DNA of 64,000 nucleotides, from NCBI RefSeq assembly GCF_006345805.1, contig NC_043008.1, positions 39,990,001 through 40,054,000 of the forward strand, written 5' to 3'. This document shows, one piece after another, positions 47,701-61,979 of this stretch; within the stretch, counting starts at the first letter, position 1, and each line of letters begins with the position of its first letter. The stretch comes from Octopus sinensis (taxonomy: Eukaryota). A model generated the notes under the pieces. The model worked only from the letters and a program-made list of their open reading frames with translations. It ran no database searches and was not told where the DNA came from. The translations under genes were made by a program, and so were the position numbers.

Positions 47701-47947
47701 CTGTTTTACGAGCAAATAGCTCAATACTTCAAAGAACGGCGGATGAGTGACATAAACATGATAACTTACATGCAAACTCAATTGCCTCGCTTTTATTACT
47801 TTGCAGTGTATATTTTCTAACGTAATATATGTTATGTGATATAAGTTTATTTTTTTATTCCTTTGTTATGGTGGGTTCTTAAAAAGAAACACACTTGTAC
47901 GTCAGTACACACACGTATATCTATATAGCATCTATACAATATCTATC

Positions 47948-47978
<31 letters not shown>

Positions 47979-50710
47979 TATGCGTATGTGTTTGTGCGCG
48001 CGTGTGCCTTTGTGCTTATATTCATGCATACACAAAAAAACAAGAGTACACGTTTGTTTGTGTATATATTTGTATATATATATATATATATATATATTTG
48101 TATGGGTATATATGTATACGCACACATACATTCTTGCGTACTTACAAATATGTTTGTACGCTCGTGGTGTTGTGTGTGTTTCTGTATAATAAAATACTGT
48201 AGTCTAAACGAAACTCTAAAACTAATTCATTTTAGCATGCGATATAATTTATGAGGAAATAAATCCCTTTAATGTTTGAAAATGTTAATGTTTCTCATAG
48301 ATTTTAGTTGTTTAACATGAGCACAAATGTGATTGGTTGCTCTGAGGAAAACAAAAATTAGAATTTAATACCCTACACCACCTCCTATCAATAAAAACTA
48401 AACATTATAGACAAACATGATGTGAAGCAGCGCTTGCATTACAAAAGCAATGTTAGCTTTTTGCTGCACGCTGTAAATGTTATTTAAATATAAAAAAAGG
48501 GAAAGGAAGGAAAGAAGTCATTAATAGTTTTGATGGAACCTGGCCTATGTCAAAAAGCTTTGGATAGATAAAATACAAAAGCAACATGAGTTATACTTTT
48601 ATGGATACATAATACTGCCCTAAACATTTAGGTTTATTTTATCTTTAATTTTTTTCTTTATTTTGTTTTTCTCCCTTGTACCACGCTAAGAATATCTTAA
48701 CTGATAAAAACGTTCATATTAGTTATAAAGTCTGAGTCTGCAAATTCCAAAATAAAATCTGGACGGCCATTTACCACAAAAGGACGGACAGATAGAATGA
48801 AATTAATAATACTCTTAATGATTATTGATTAGATATGTGCTGCATTAACTTAAGCAAGATTAGTCGACGCTGGACAAAATAACATCACTATTATTGTGTT
48901 CTTAGACTTTATGTCTTTTGTTTATACAATTGAATCAAATATTTGACTTTTCGTGATCGGAGTCATTCATCAACCAGAAAATAACCGTCCCCTCTCTACA
49001 CTTCTTGATTTATGTCACAGACCAGTGGAACCCATATTCTCTTTTAGCCACTCCCACGTTTAGAGCTATGTTATATACTGCAATACAACAACCGTCTTAA
49101 ACTTAATGTGATTCCTGCTGACAGTAGCATTAAAAATATAAATTTGATACGTATGCACCCATAGGTTACAAAATTGAATGTTACATACATTAGTTATACA
49201 AACATCAGTCATACATTATTCATACATACATTGGTCACTGATATGAAGCGTTGTCTCTTTGGTATTCTATGTGCCAACTATTACCTTAGTCTTGGAAAAG
49301 AATGATACAATTGAAAAATTATTGGTCTGCTAGTTAAGTGACTGGTGTCTCATTTGAGGCTATTTTCAAACGACGTTTCTGACATATGTAAAGTTGAGAG
49401 CAAATGATAGGGCCAACAACCGACTGACATAGTAGCAAGGGATACTGTATTCAATAGGGTATCTTATGTTGCCGATCAAAGTTTGAAACCACAAAGATTC
49501 TCCTTATTTTCATAAAATACACTAGACATTCACTCACATTCATTTCTGACAATCGGCAATGTGTTAGAGTGAGATTTTACACACAGCAGACATTTTATTT
49601 ACGTTTAGATCATTAAAATCATTACTTCACTATATCAAACCGACTGGTTCATAATGTTATTTGCTTAAATAATGCATCTTTGTCGTCTAATAACAAACCA
49701 AAATGTAATAATGATTATATATGCCCTTGTATAAGTGACATAATAATATCAACCGTAATTTACTTCCTAAATAAATTAACGACAGGTGTTATCGAAGAGT
49801 CGACGGTCAAATAGCTTGATAGATTAGACTTCCAGCTGTTCTTCTGTAAAATTAGATAATTAAATATTACAACAGTTACTAGAAAATACGATACCGCAGA
49901 TTAGTACATGCATATATAAACATACACACACAAACACACACATACACACATACATACATACACACACACAAACGCACCTAATACTAAGTAGAATACATAG
50001 GAAATCAACGATAAATTAATTATAGTTAATTGTTATTTTAGTTATGTAATTACGGTACGTTCAATTTTATTTGTTACTTTTTATTTTATGACCAAACCAA
50101 AATACTCCTATAGTTATTATTTACTTAACTCACGCCAGCAGAACCCCTTTCCCCCGTATATAGTAACGTACAACTAAGTATTATAACTATCCTAATTCTA
50201 TTACTAAAACTTTTAGTCAGTCGAATGGTTTCCAGAAGGATAGCATTTAACATTAATTGGTATATCTTTACTTTCTCTCCTTCTCGTTCTTTTTCTTTTC
50301 ATTTTCTTTGATTTTCCGCTTTGATGAATGTCAATTATTTACGTTGGTATAATTAATCATTTACAATGAAAATTACTATTATTATTGTAGTACTTAAACC
50401 TGATAACATCTTAAAAATGCGCTCAAACAAACCGCTGTCAAATGAAGTATTGTCTATTTTACAATCAAAAACTGATAATTGATGTATATCACTTATCAAT
50501 ATTATCTCCACTCTGTTTCGTTTTCCTTACATATAAAATTTGGTTTATTCGTTTGCTTACCTACCATGTATGAGCATTAATACTAGTACTCATAATTACA
50601 TATAGGTTAGACAGCAGTTAATTCAATGGATACAAGTCCCTTAGGCGGGTGTTATAACCTTTAAAATAATTCACCTCTCTCCCTGTACGTATATATATAT
50701 ATATATATAA

Positions 50711-50757
<47 letters not shown>

Positions 50758-50864
50758 GATTATGGTGGTGCCATGAAGTAAGCTTGCTTCAGATTTATTC
50801 GTTTATCCATACAGACGTAACAGATGGAATATGTCATAAATAACAGTGACAAATGAAATATACA

Positions 50865-51070
50865 TCGCTGAATACACGTCATTGATTGGTTGAAATTACC
50901 GAAATACGACAAACTTAACAGCACGAAATAATTTCAACAATATAAACTTTTCTCAAAAACGCTAAGAGTAATATATATTTTATATGACAAATTCTACCAG
51001 TATACGATGTTTGAAAGTGCTTAGTTACCAAAAATTATTTTCTAAATGTGCCGGTCAAAAGGTAAAATCC
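50865..51070 (+). mobile_element. Diverged 3' half of the Merlin-like MITE family
   Basis: cgtcattgattggttgaaatt...attctaccagtatacga..ttt...tgccggtcaaaaggtaaaatcc matches 32430-32615. Confidence 0.72.
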
Positions 51071-51241
51071 AGCAAATGACCTTCCTTAAACGCATTAAAA
51101 TTATTACTCACCATGCAGTTGAAAGAGATTAAATTATTAAAATTAGACGTTAATCATTTTACCCTATTTTTGACATAATTTTTTTGAATATTGAAAATTA
51201 TCAAATTAGAGTTAATGTGAGGAAAAATTAACTTGTATATA

Positions 51242-51286
<45 letters not shown>

Positions 51287-51360
51287 CAAATTTACATATA
51301 TATGTATAAAGTGCAGCATGGACAACTCATTTAGACTTACAAAGACATTCAGAGAATATA

Positions 51361-51778
51361 TATTTCTTTACTACCCACAAGGGCCTAAATACACAGAGCG
51401 GACAAACAAGGACAGACAAAGGGATTAAGTCGATTACATCGACCCCAGTGCGTAACTGGTACTTAATTTATCGACCCCGAAAGGATGAAAAGCAAAGTCG
51501 GCCTCGGCGGAATTTGAACTCGGAACGTAACGACACACGAAATACCTATTTCTTTATTACCCACAAGGGGCTAAACATAGAGGGGACAAACAAGGACAGA
51601 CATAGGTATTAAGTCGATTACATCGACCCCAGTGCGTATCTGGTACTTAATTTATCGACCCCGAAAGGATGAAAGGCAAAGTCGACCTCGGCGGAATTTG
51701 AACTCACAACGTAACGCAGACGAAATACCGCTAAGCATTTTGCTTGGCGTGCTAACGTTTCTGCCAGCTCGTCGCCTT
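51361..51778 (-). mobile_element. SINE family A dimer with a 15-bp target-site duplication
   Basis: Units 51361-51546 and 51547-51778; CATTCAGAGAATATA at 51346-51360 and 51780-51794. Confidence 0.93.
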
Positions 51779-51804
51779 TCATTCAGAGAATATATTTAAT
51801 CTTT

Positions 51805-52175
51805 CTTTTAACTTGTTTCAACCCTTAGATGTTGCCATGCTAGAGCACTACCTTGAAGGGATAAATCAAACAAATATACGTCAGTACATATTCTTGAACC
51901 TGGTGCCTATATTGTCAGTGCGTTCTGCCAAAGGACTAAGTCACGGGGACGTAAACAAAGCAACACCGTTTGTCTAGTGATGAGGGACGACAAACACAAA
52001 GAAACACAAACACGCACATACGGGTGCTCGGACACACATATACAGGCACGCACACACACATACATATAATACACCTGGGTCTTTAGTAGAAGATATTTGC
52101 CCAACATGACAGACAATGGAACTGAACCCAGGACCGTGTGGTTTGGAATCAAGCTTTTTACCAAACACCCATTAC
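51805..52175 (-). mobile_element. Diverged SINE family B-like copy
   Basis: cttgtttca..gttgccatgctagagcac (tail), cacggggacgtaaac, agtagaagatatttgcccaa..ggaactgaacccaggaccgtgtggtttgga (head). Confidence 0.7.
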
Positions 52176-52564
52176 TTAAATTCATTAATTTTTGTATTTG
52201 GTATCCAAATTTTTATCAAACTCTCTGCAATATGTTCACTGATGTTGAATCCGTTCGTAACGTAAGTTTTAGTCCAATTGATCTCCACTTCTACATTTAG
52301 GGTGATAAATTGTGTGGTTCAGAAATTCGAGTTGCCATAACGCGGTTCCTCATTAAAGCTAACTGCCTGCTTCCTGCGTAGTATCATGTCCTTTACACAC
52401 TATCACGCACACACACACACACACATACACGAACACACACACGCACACCCAAACATGCACACAAACGAGTACACGCACACAAGAACGTGTTCGGTACAAT
52501 TTCAGTCGAAAAGCTGTACTAGAGAGAGAGACAAAAGCACGATAAAAGAGTTTTTGAAGTGTTG

Positions 52565-52603
<39 letters not shown>

Positions 52604-52747
52604 TCATACATACATGCATAAATCGATACATACAGTTGGATTCACAGTTACAGAAGCAGCTTATGGGTTTTTACAGTTTGTCCTTCATTTGGCCTGATTT
52701 GTTTATATGAAGATTTGACGCCATGTTGACACATATCTCTCTCTCTC

Positions 52748-52902
<155 letters not shown>

Positions 52903-52936
52903 AGATAGATAGATATACATATATATTGCTATGTGG

Positions 52937-52981
<45 letters not shown>

Positions 52982-53649
52982 AATATGTGTGTGTGTGTGT
53001 GTGTGTGTGCGTGGTTGTGTATACACGTACGGTGTCCTCTTAATGTATGTGTATAAGTGCATTTGTATATAAGAATATCCGTATGCTTGCATGTATGTTT
53101 AATATATATGTCTCTCGCTTGATGGATACCAATAAACAGAAAACAGTACTTGTTTAATGAAGTGGCTGCTTATGTTTTTTCTTTTTGTTTTTCACACAAG
53201 TTGCACAAACTATCGGTTATCAGTCTCAGCATCGTAAAGGCACTGAACCAGTGATTGATTTGTTGGAAACCTCTACCTACTAACGACATTGCTTACAAAC
53301 ATAAGATATTAAATGCAAAAAATAATACATACTGTAACATTAGGAATGAAATCGATCCCGTCTATGTTCTTTTTCCTAAATTCATGGCTTCGTTTCCATG
53401 TCAGTAAACAATAATGTCAGCTGAAAGAAATTAGAAAGTAAAATTGTTGGAGCGTCAGTAAAACCGTATTATTAGGGCGTCAGTGAAATATTTGGCTTCA
53501 GTCAGTGTTTAAAATGTATTTTCTTAGAAGAAATGCGAAACAATAGAGAATCGAAAAAACTGCTTAGGTGCATTTAGTTCCAATATCTTGGGGTCTCAGC
53601 ACAAATAAAACCGTGGTCAACATAACGGACCACTCAACTCGTGTTTCAA

Positions 53650-53885
53650 AATTGTGACTCAGTCCAAAGTTTATAAACTTGCGCTTACATTAAGGAAGTT
53701 TACGTAAAACATTTTTCAATATTTTGGGGCTGACTTTCTGCTTCATCAATCCATAATTATGTCTCTCATAATTCACGGCACAGTTTTTCTAAAATTGGAC
53801 AGATCACAAGCTCATGAGTCATAGAAGCCCTTCCTGTGAATCTCCCTCACCATCCTTCGAGGCAACATCTTTTCCATTTTGTCTG
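53650..53885 (-). mobile_element. Possible mariner N-terminal relic
   Basis: MEKMLPRRMVREIHRKGF loosely resembles the MEK.E.RAVIKFL..KG start of mariner transposases; heavily decayed. Confidence 0.3.
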
Positions 53886-54944
53886 CTGGGGCTATAAGAA
53901 ATGTTTCTTAATAAATATATCTAAACAAAACAATTGAAACCCAACTAACTAGTAATGAAGACTAAATTTATTTTCTTACATTTCTTTTCTTATAAATTAT
54001 TTATTTGATGAACGTGACAATTCAAACTATTTTAAATATCTTTGAAATTTATCAATGTCTACCGGGAATATCTCGTGAAAATTTTAAGTGTAATTTCGAT
54101 GCTATTAATATAATATTATATAAAAAGTTTTGCGATTAGGTCTACTGTTCTGTATTCTCCAAAATTCCCTATAAAAGTATTTTCCTGGCTTTCCAGGACT
54201 CTAACATGTGTTTCATGAACATTTGTAAAAGTACAAGTATTGCGTAATTATCTATAATCTTGCAATCTCTCTTTATATACTAACATATGTGTACGTACGT
54301 AGGCATATATACATACATACACTTATGTGTTTGTGTATGTATATACGTATATGCATACATATATGTATATGTGCGTGCGTGTGTGTACATGTGTGTGTTC
54401 GTGTGCGTACAGACAGTGCATGACAAATGTGGCCTTACCAGTTGGAAAATTCCCTGGAGAAGGGGTCGATGATATTAGTTTAATGGAACTTAAATTCTAT
54501 TACATCTTTCCACCACTATTCCTCCAGAAACGGCCTTCGGATTTTAACGAATTATAAGCTACTATATAGATTTACAGTATTATATACACTCCACACGGAC
54601 TGTGTATTTAATTTCTATACCGTTACTGTTGTAAGTAGTTCTATATATTTTATGTACTTAATATAGTCTTAGCATATTTATATATTTTTATCTATACATT
54701 ATTCATATATTTATATATCTATATAAGATTTTAGCACATGCTTTTGTGTACGTAACTTTACAACAGAATATATTTTAGTAAACTATTTTTTGTCTCGCAT
54801 CATTATTTTTCCTATTTTCTTATGAATTAAATATACTGAGCCCTTCGATGAGTCCTATATAGAGAGAAACGTTTATCTCTTGAAGATATATTATTTGTAT
54901 ATGTTTATGCGTGATTGCGCACAAATGCAGATACACTTATGGAT

Positions 54945-55108
54945 ATATATAAAATAAAATACAAAATGGGACAAGAACACAAAACAACCGGACAAGTAGG
55001 TGATACAAAAATGGGAAACAAAACATCCAGATAGACGATACAAAAAAAAAACACGGACGGATTATGCGAAGCCTTTTATCTTCAGTCAAGAACCGGATCA
55101 TCCTCGCA
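54945..55108 (-). mobile_element. Family E terminal fragment abutting (TACA)n
   Basis: Reverse complement ggatgatccggttcttgactgaagataaaaggcttcgcataatccgtccgtg. Confidence 0.75.
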
Positions 55109-55144
55109 CTTACATACATACATACACATACATACATACATACA

Positions 55145-55176
<32 letters not shown>

Positions 55177-55232
55177 CATATATAAATATATAGCCACAGA
55201 GGATTGACACAGAGATAGAAAGAGAGAGAGGT

Positions 55233-55276
<44 letters not shown>

Positions 55277-55277
55277 G

Positions 55278-55335
<58 letters not shown>

Positions 55336-55599
55336 GACTAGACAATGCTAATCAGGGAGAAACAGTATAATGATGCAAGGTATAATTGTTGTAAAATTGG
55401 AAGAAAAAATGTTGATATACGAATGAAATAAGAGAAGAGTAAAGTGTAAAATATTTGAAAATAATATATCCCAATGTGTAATGTTGCTTATAAATCAAAA
55501 CAACATTATTAAGTTGTTTTGTTCATGAAATATATTAAAATACCAAAAAAAGGCCAAATGAAGAAATATTTCTGATAAACAAGCAATAAAAGGATTGTA

Positions 55600-55653
55600 G
55601 CAGAATAATGATGATGAATAATAATACTGCTGCTACTGCTGTTACTGCTCCTG

Positions 55654-55689
<36 letters not shown>

Positions 55690-55690
55690 T

Positions 55691-55728
<38 letters not shown>

Positions 55729-56060
55729 ATAATAATAATAATAATAATAATACTAATATTACTACTACTACAACTACTTGTACCCCTACCACCACTACTA
55801 TCACCACCGCCGCCGCCACCACCAACACCACAACCAGCACCACCAAAACTACTACTACTAACTACTCCTACTAATAGTAGTAGTAGTACTACCAATACTA
55901 CTACTAATAGTAATAATAATCATAAAAAGAAGAAGAAGAAGAAGAAGAAGAAGAAGAAGAAGAAGAGAAGAAGAAGAAAAGAAATGCGAGAACAACATTA
56001 TTACTACTAATTATTTTCATCATTAAATTAGAGATGGTGGTAGTGGTTATGATGATGATG
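55600..56060. repeat. Compound (ACT)n/(AAT)n/(ACC)n/(GAA)n trinucleotide tract
   Basis: Directly visible. Confidence 0.95.
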
Positions 56061-56586
56061 TTGAGGTCGATGTCTTTCGTGGTATTCATGATGAAAATAA
56101 CGATAAAAAGATCGTGATAAAACAGAGAATCAAAACAGTGTGGAAGTTTTATTTATTCGCATACGAAATGTGTTTACATGTCTTCAGTGAAGAGTAAAAA
56201 GAAGCAATGCAAAGCAAGCGTAGCTCAAAGTTAACAAGGTTTTGGCGCCAGATTATTATAGTGCATATTGGACAACGCAGAGAGCGCGTACGTCTGAATT
56301 AAAGGGAAGCTGGGGGAAATGTATTAAAGAATAAAACAGCGTGAGTTGAATAGTAAACAAAGTTATTTTTATTAAGATTTTGTTACGAATCTATTTTTCT
56401 TTGTCAAAAGTATTGCATTTTACAAAAAACACTCTGTTCAAAATTTAATATCTTGGTAACGCATTCAACAATTTAGAGATATTCGTGTAGGCTTCTGGCG
56501 AGCTAAACGTTTTTAACAAAATTAGTGAGCATGGAATGTATACATATATACATACGTGATTATACAGATATGTGGGTATGTATATA

Positions 56587-56740
56587 GGCACAGGCGTGGC
56601 AGTGTGATAAGAAGCTTGCTTCCTAACCACATGGTTCCAGGATCAATCCTATTGCATGGCATCTTGGGAAAGTGTCTTCTACAATGGCCTTGGGCTGAAT
56701 AAAGATTCGGTAGGTGGAAGCTGAAAAGGGGCCTATCATT
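56587..56740 (+). mobile_element. SINE family B 5' portion
   Basis: ggcacaggcgtggcagtgtgataagaagcttgcttcctaaccacatggttccagg...aagtgtcttctac. Confidence 0.82.
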
Positions 56741-56807
56741 ATATATATATATATATATAGGTATATATGTATTATATATATATGAATATATATATACATA
56801 TACATAT

Positions 56808-56868
<61 letters not shown>

Positions 56869-56871
<3 letters not shown>

Positions 56872-57300
56872 TGCTTTCTCTTTCTTTACGAACCTGGAAT
56901 CAAACGGGCATGATTGGTCGATAAGTGAACAACTTTGATTTGCCTTATCTATGATTTTAATATCTGGTCTATTATTTTCTAACCTCTTGTCCGTTTGAAT
57001 AGGAAAGTCCCACAAGATATCACATTTCTCCGTCTTAACTACTCTTTCGACTCGATGATTGTACATGTGTTTCCAACTTCAAATCCCCACTTCTGGCTCA
57101 GTTTCCAATGTAAAACTTTTACAATCAGGTTGTGTCTCAATTTCTTATATTCTTCCTTTGCCATCTTGAGGCATTCTGTCATAATGTGTGCCACTGCCTC
57201 TTTCCAAGTTCTACAAGGTCTACATTTTTCTAACACATTATCTCCATATATATTTTTGTTCAAGTTGAACTTGGGTTGTTACAATTTGGCTCCCTTTTTC
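56869..57300 (-). mobile_element. C-terminal fragment of an R4/Dong-like non-LTR retrotransposon (CCHC knuckle plus restriction-like endonuclease)
   Basis: KCRPCRTWKEAVAHIMTECLKMAKEEYKKLRHNLIVKVLHWKLSQKWGF; ILWDFPIQTDKRLENNRPDIKIIDK...LIDQSCPFD. Confidence 0.88.
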
Positions 57301-57348
57301 TCTCTTTGTTATTATCATTATCGTTATCATTATTATTATTATTATTAA

Positions 57349-57409
<61 letters not shown>

Positions 57410-57534
57410 GTTGTTGTTGTTGTTGTTGTTGTTGTAGTTCTTGTTAAAATGGAAGGATACTTACTCCACCGAACAACATTCCTTCCGTCGTTTTATGTTC
57501 CAATTTCAAATTTCACCAAGTACTTAAATTTTAA

Positions 57535-57787
57535 AAGCCTGGTACTTCTTCTACCGAGCCCGTGGCCGAACCCTTAAGGACATGAACACATCAGCACCTG
57601 TTGTCAAGCGGTGGTGGGCGGGACAAATACACACACGCACACACACAATTAGGTTCTTTCAATTTCCGTCTACTAAATCCACCAAGAACACTTTGATTGG
57701 CCCGAGTCTATAGCAGGTAGAAGATACTTGCTGAAGGTTCCACGCTGTAAAACTGAAACCGGAACTGTGTGGTTACCACATAACCAC

Positions 57788-57790
<3 letters not shown>
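57535..57790 (-). mobile_element. Diverged SINE family B copy
   Basis: cctggtactt...ttgtcaagcggtggtggg...ttctttcaatttccgtctactaaatccac...gaagatacttgct...ccggaactgtgtggtt. Confidence 0.78.
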
Positions 57791-57845
<55 letters not shown>

Positions 57846-57859
57846 TATTTTTATTATTA

Positions 57860-57916
<57 letters not shown>

Positions 57917-57975
57917 TATTATTATATTATTATATTATTATATTTTTATTATTATTTTTATTATTATTATTATTA

Positions 57976-58036
<61 letters not shown>

Positions 58037-58599
58037 TATTATTATTATTATATTATTATTATTTTCTTGATAATCAGCATCAGCATCCTCATCATCATTT
58101 TAAATAATAGTAATAATAAGTTTAACTTTACCAGTATTGGTAATAGTGGTTTTTGTTGTTCATAATATTATTCTGAGTGTATTATGGATTTCTCCAATTT
58201 ATTCTACATTTATTAGTTTTAAGTAATCTCACATGGATGCAGTGCAATTTGAAAATCAATGAAGCGAATATATGCACATCTCTTCCTATTATTCAAATTT
58301 ACTGAATTAGGAGAACATTGAAGAGGGAATAATTTACATTGAGTTTTGTATCTGATCTAAAAACAAATTCCATATAGTTTCATTTTGATTAAATTTCCAG
58401 TCACTTAGCTTGCCAAGACCAGAATTCTTCAATAAAATTGAAATAAAACAAAGACTATTTTGAATTCTTAAATAAGCTTGAAATACAACTCCACCTTGAA
58501 CGGAAGTATTCTAGTAGAAGCATGACTTTGGTAAGACATATGCAAACAAGAATATGAACAAACGGAAACACGTGTAAATATATGCACAGATATAACACG

Positions 58600-59048
58600 C
58601 GCACCATATGCACGGATATATATATATATGTATATATATATATGTATATATATATGGCTCTATGGGGGTCTCTGTATATACAGCTATACAAATATATATA
58701 TATGTATGAGTGTACGAATACAGGCGTATATATATTTGTGTGTGTGTGTGTGCGTGTTTGTGTGTGTGTATGTATGTGTGTTTTTGTGTGTGTGTACGCG
58801 TATATATATGCATACGCACAAACACATGATCCGCACACGCACACTTACAGACATGCGCATATATGTTTTAGAGTTGAGGTAATCATTAAACGGAATAAAA
58901 ATTCTAATAGAGGAATCGTTGAGGTTTTTCCATTATTTTATGTTTCCAAATTTTTATATACCTCAATTATCCTCATGCTACTTCTCTTTTGTTAGGCACA
59001 CATACACAAATATACGCATATACACGTATATATGCAACAGTATAAACT

Positions 59049-59095
<47 letters not shown>

Positions 59096-59143
59096 ATATA
59101 TATCCATACATGTATATATATATATATATGTATATATATATGC

Positions 59144-59197
<54 letters not shown>

Positions 59198-59470
59198 TAT
59201 ATATATATACATGTATATATATATCCATACATGTATATATATATATGTATATATATATGCATATATATACATATATATATATATATATACGTATATATAT
59301 ACATATATATATATATATATCATATATATATATATGTTATATATATATATATTATATATATATATATATATATAAATATATATAAATATATATATATATG
59401 TGTATATATATATGTGTGTGTGTGTGTGTGTATGTATATATATTTGCATATACGCATGTGTGTGGGAATA
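58600..59470. repeat. Long compound (TA)n/(TG)n microsatellite region with an internal higher-order duplication
   Basis: Directly visible; the unit catgtatatatatatccatacatgtat... occurs twice (about 59089 and 59209). Confidence 0.95.
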
Positions 59471-60344
59471 TTTATAAAACACGTTTATTCACAGATTTTT
59501 TTTGCCGTATCACAAACAACACACAAGGACACACATTGATAGATATGTATGTGAGTCTACATACACGTGTTATTCACACAGCAATATAAGCAGCGCACAT
59601 ACATTCTAGAAAGACAAGAACACATTTTACGCATCATTAAACCATTTTCTTTTCTTTTTCAAGTGAATTCACAGAAACGGAAGTTTAAATTCTTTAAATT
59701 TAAAGTAAAGAAATGAACAGAGGCCCACATACGCGAATAAAATGTATAAATACATACATATGGGTGTGTGCGTTTGTGTGCTTAAGTGTGTTTGAGCGAG
59801 TGTGTGAGTGTGAGTGTCTGTGTGTGTGTGTGTATGTATGTGTACGTCTGCACGTGTGCGCGTGTGTACGTGTATGCAAGTCTGTGTGTGTGTGCGTGTG
59901 TATGAAATGAAATCGCTCACCGGAAAATTTGGACTTTCTGTTTTTCGTAGTTCTTAAACTATATTTTCTTGTATACACGTTTTATATATTTTTAATCTCG
60001 TATCCTATATCACTTTATTTTTAATCTCACAGTAATTTTTCGTTCAATAGTTATTTTTTCTTTGTTTTGTTTTTAATTTCGTTTAATCTTTTTACTGTCA
60101 TATTAACGTTCTCAACCTCCATTTTTTTTTATCTCTGCATTTTCTAACCTCTATGAAGATTTTTTTTTTTCAAATTTTGCTTTCTCTTGTGTAAAATTTG
60201 GTAGAATATTGGATGAATATTTTCTTTAATCTCGTTAAATTTGCGGAAACGATATTCAGAATTATAGTATTGATAATGTTAACGTTAATAATAATGATTT
60301 CCAAAAATTACATAAAATACAATAATAATAATAATTATTATTAT

Positions 60345-60378
<34 letters not shown>

Positions 60379-60390
60379 TAATAATAATAA

Positions 60391-60426
<36 letters not shown>

Positions 60427-60428
60427 TA

Positions 60429-60460
<32 letters not shown>

Positions 60461-60493
60461 TATAATAATAATAATAATAATATAATAATAATA

Positions 60494-60556
<63 letters not shown>

Positions 60557-60586
60557 TATAATAATAATGATGATGATGAGGATAAT

Positions 60587-61006
60587 AATATTCTGCTCAA
60601 TAACTCAGATTTCCTTGTCAGTTGTTTGACCTTAACCATTTGAGGATGTCCCTTACTGGCTGACGATATGTGCATCTCTGATCACGAGCAGTAGTGGGGG
60701 AACATCATGGAGGTTTGGATAATTCGCGTTTGGAAACATGGGTGTTTTGTTCAACATCCTTAAACAATCCTTATTCAGGGACCATTTGAGCGGGATGGGC
60801 GACTCGACCTGAAGAAAATTCTAACGGGGCCCCACTTGCAAGGTCATGCACTGTTTATCTTGATATGAGATCACCATGTCGCACACGTATGGTTGTGATG
60901 CATGTGCCCGGTGTACTCTTATCAGATGGGTAGTCATGATGGGTATACAGGGCTTCGTATATTTTGCCCCAGTGCCACTTTTCTGGCATGCACTGCTCTC
61001 TCACTC

Positions 61007-61007
<1 letters not shown>
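60587..61007 (+). mobile_element. Family D retroposon copy 2 inside (AAT)n
   Basis: Reverse complement of 9239-9670; ends gcactgctctctcactca-(AAT)n. Confidence 0.9.
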
Positions 61008-61080
<73 letters not shown>

Positions 61081-61384
61081 TAATAATAGGCAGGGATCTG
61101 AATGTTAAGGCGAAAACTTTACTAGGTTTTATATTTGAATGACATGATACCAAGGCGCAACTCATACTTCATATTTTTGTTCGAAAAATATTATTTCTGG
61201 AACATTCAGGACTCCTCTGCTAAGCCATTATATTTACAATTTTACATGCTGCCAATACGTTCGTAAATATAGTCATCTAGATTCGATACCTACTGAAGAG
61301 AATTCTGTTGTGCCTATATGGTCAGAACTAACAGAAATTATTAACGGACATTTGTAAGTAGTAGTAGTAGTAGTAGTAGTTCGT

Positions 61385-61975
61385 TCTGCGATAGAAATTT
61401 GGCTGGATTTGGCCCCGCTGGATCTTATTCTATCGACCCCGCGGAATGGAGGGTTAGACATGACCTTCCTGATGATACGCAGACTTGCGTTGAGATTGCA
61501 ACATCTCTAACACCTCCTTCATTGTGAGCATGTGTGTTTGTCATTTGTTTCACAGGATGTTCACTGCTCTCTTCTTTGACGGAGCTGCAGTCTTGGATCA
61601 TGCGTATAATAGATTGGCAATTAGATTGTCGTCAGTCGCTCGGATATTGTTGACTTGTGGGTTTATGCCGAACACTTGCTGTCATGTTTAAGACGGATCC
61701 GGCTATCGCCTGAGTCCAGCGTGAAGATCACCCCGACACCTTCCTTTGGTGCGGAAGGAGATGTAGTGTTTCTTCTTCTGGTGAACTCACGGGAAACGTT
61801 TGTGTAGTGGATCAAGTTGAAAGGGGTAGAGACAGACACATTCGTCTTTGAAAAAGAAAGTGATTCAGAGTGAATGTAGCAAAAATGGCCTGGGTGAAGG
61901 GGTTTACTCAAAAAATGGCGCCTCTAGGCTGAGAGTAAAGTGGAGAGGGCATTTTCCTCAGAGTTCAGGGCGATC
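61385..61975 (+). mobile_element. Tx1/L1-clade LINE ORF2 C-terminal relic
   Basis: RNGGLDMTFLMIRRLALRLQHL; SLTELQSWI; VDLWVYAEHLLSCLRRIRLSPESSVKITP...GDVVFLLLV...WIKLKGVETDTF. Confidence 0.75.
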
Positions 61976-61979
61976 GTGT

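Noticed and set aside
47349-47781. Acidic D/E-rich 141-aa ORF resembling a nucleolin- or prothymosin-like tract
   Set aside because: A degenerate (CAT)n tract open in several frames on both strands, with no flanking domain or splice evidence.
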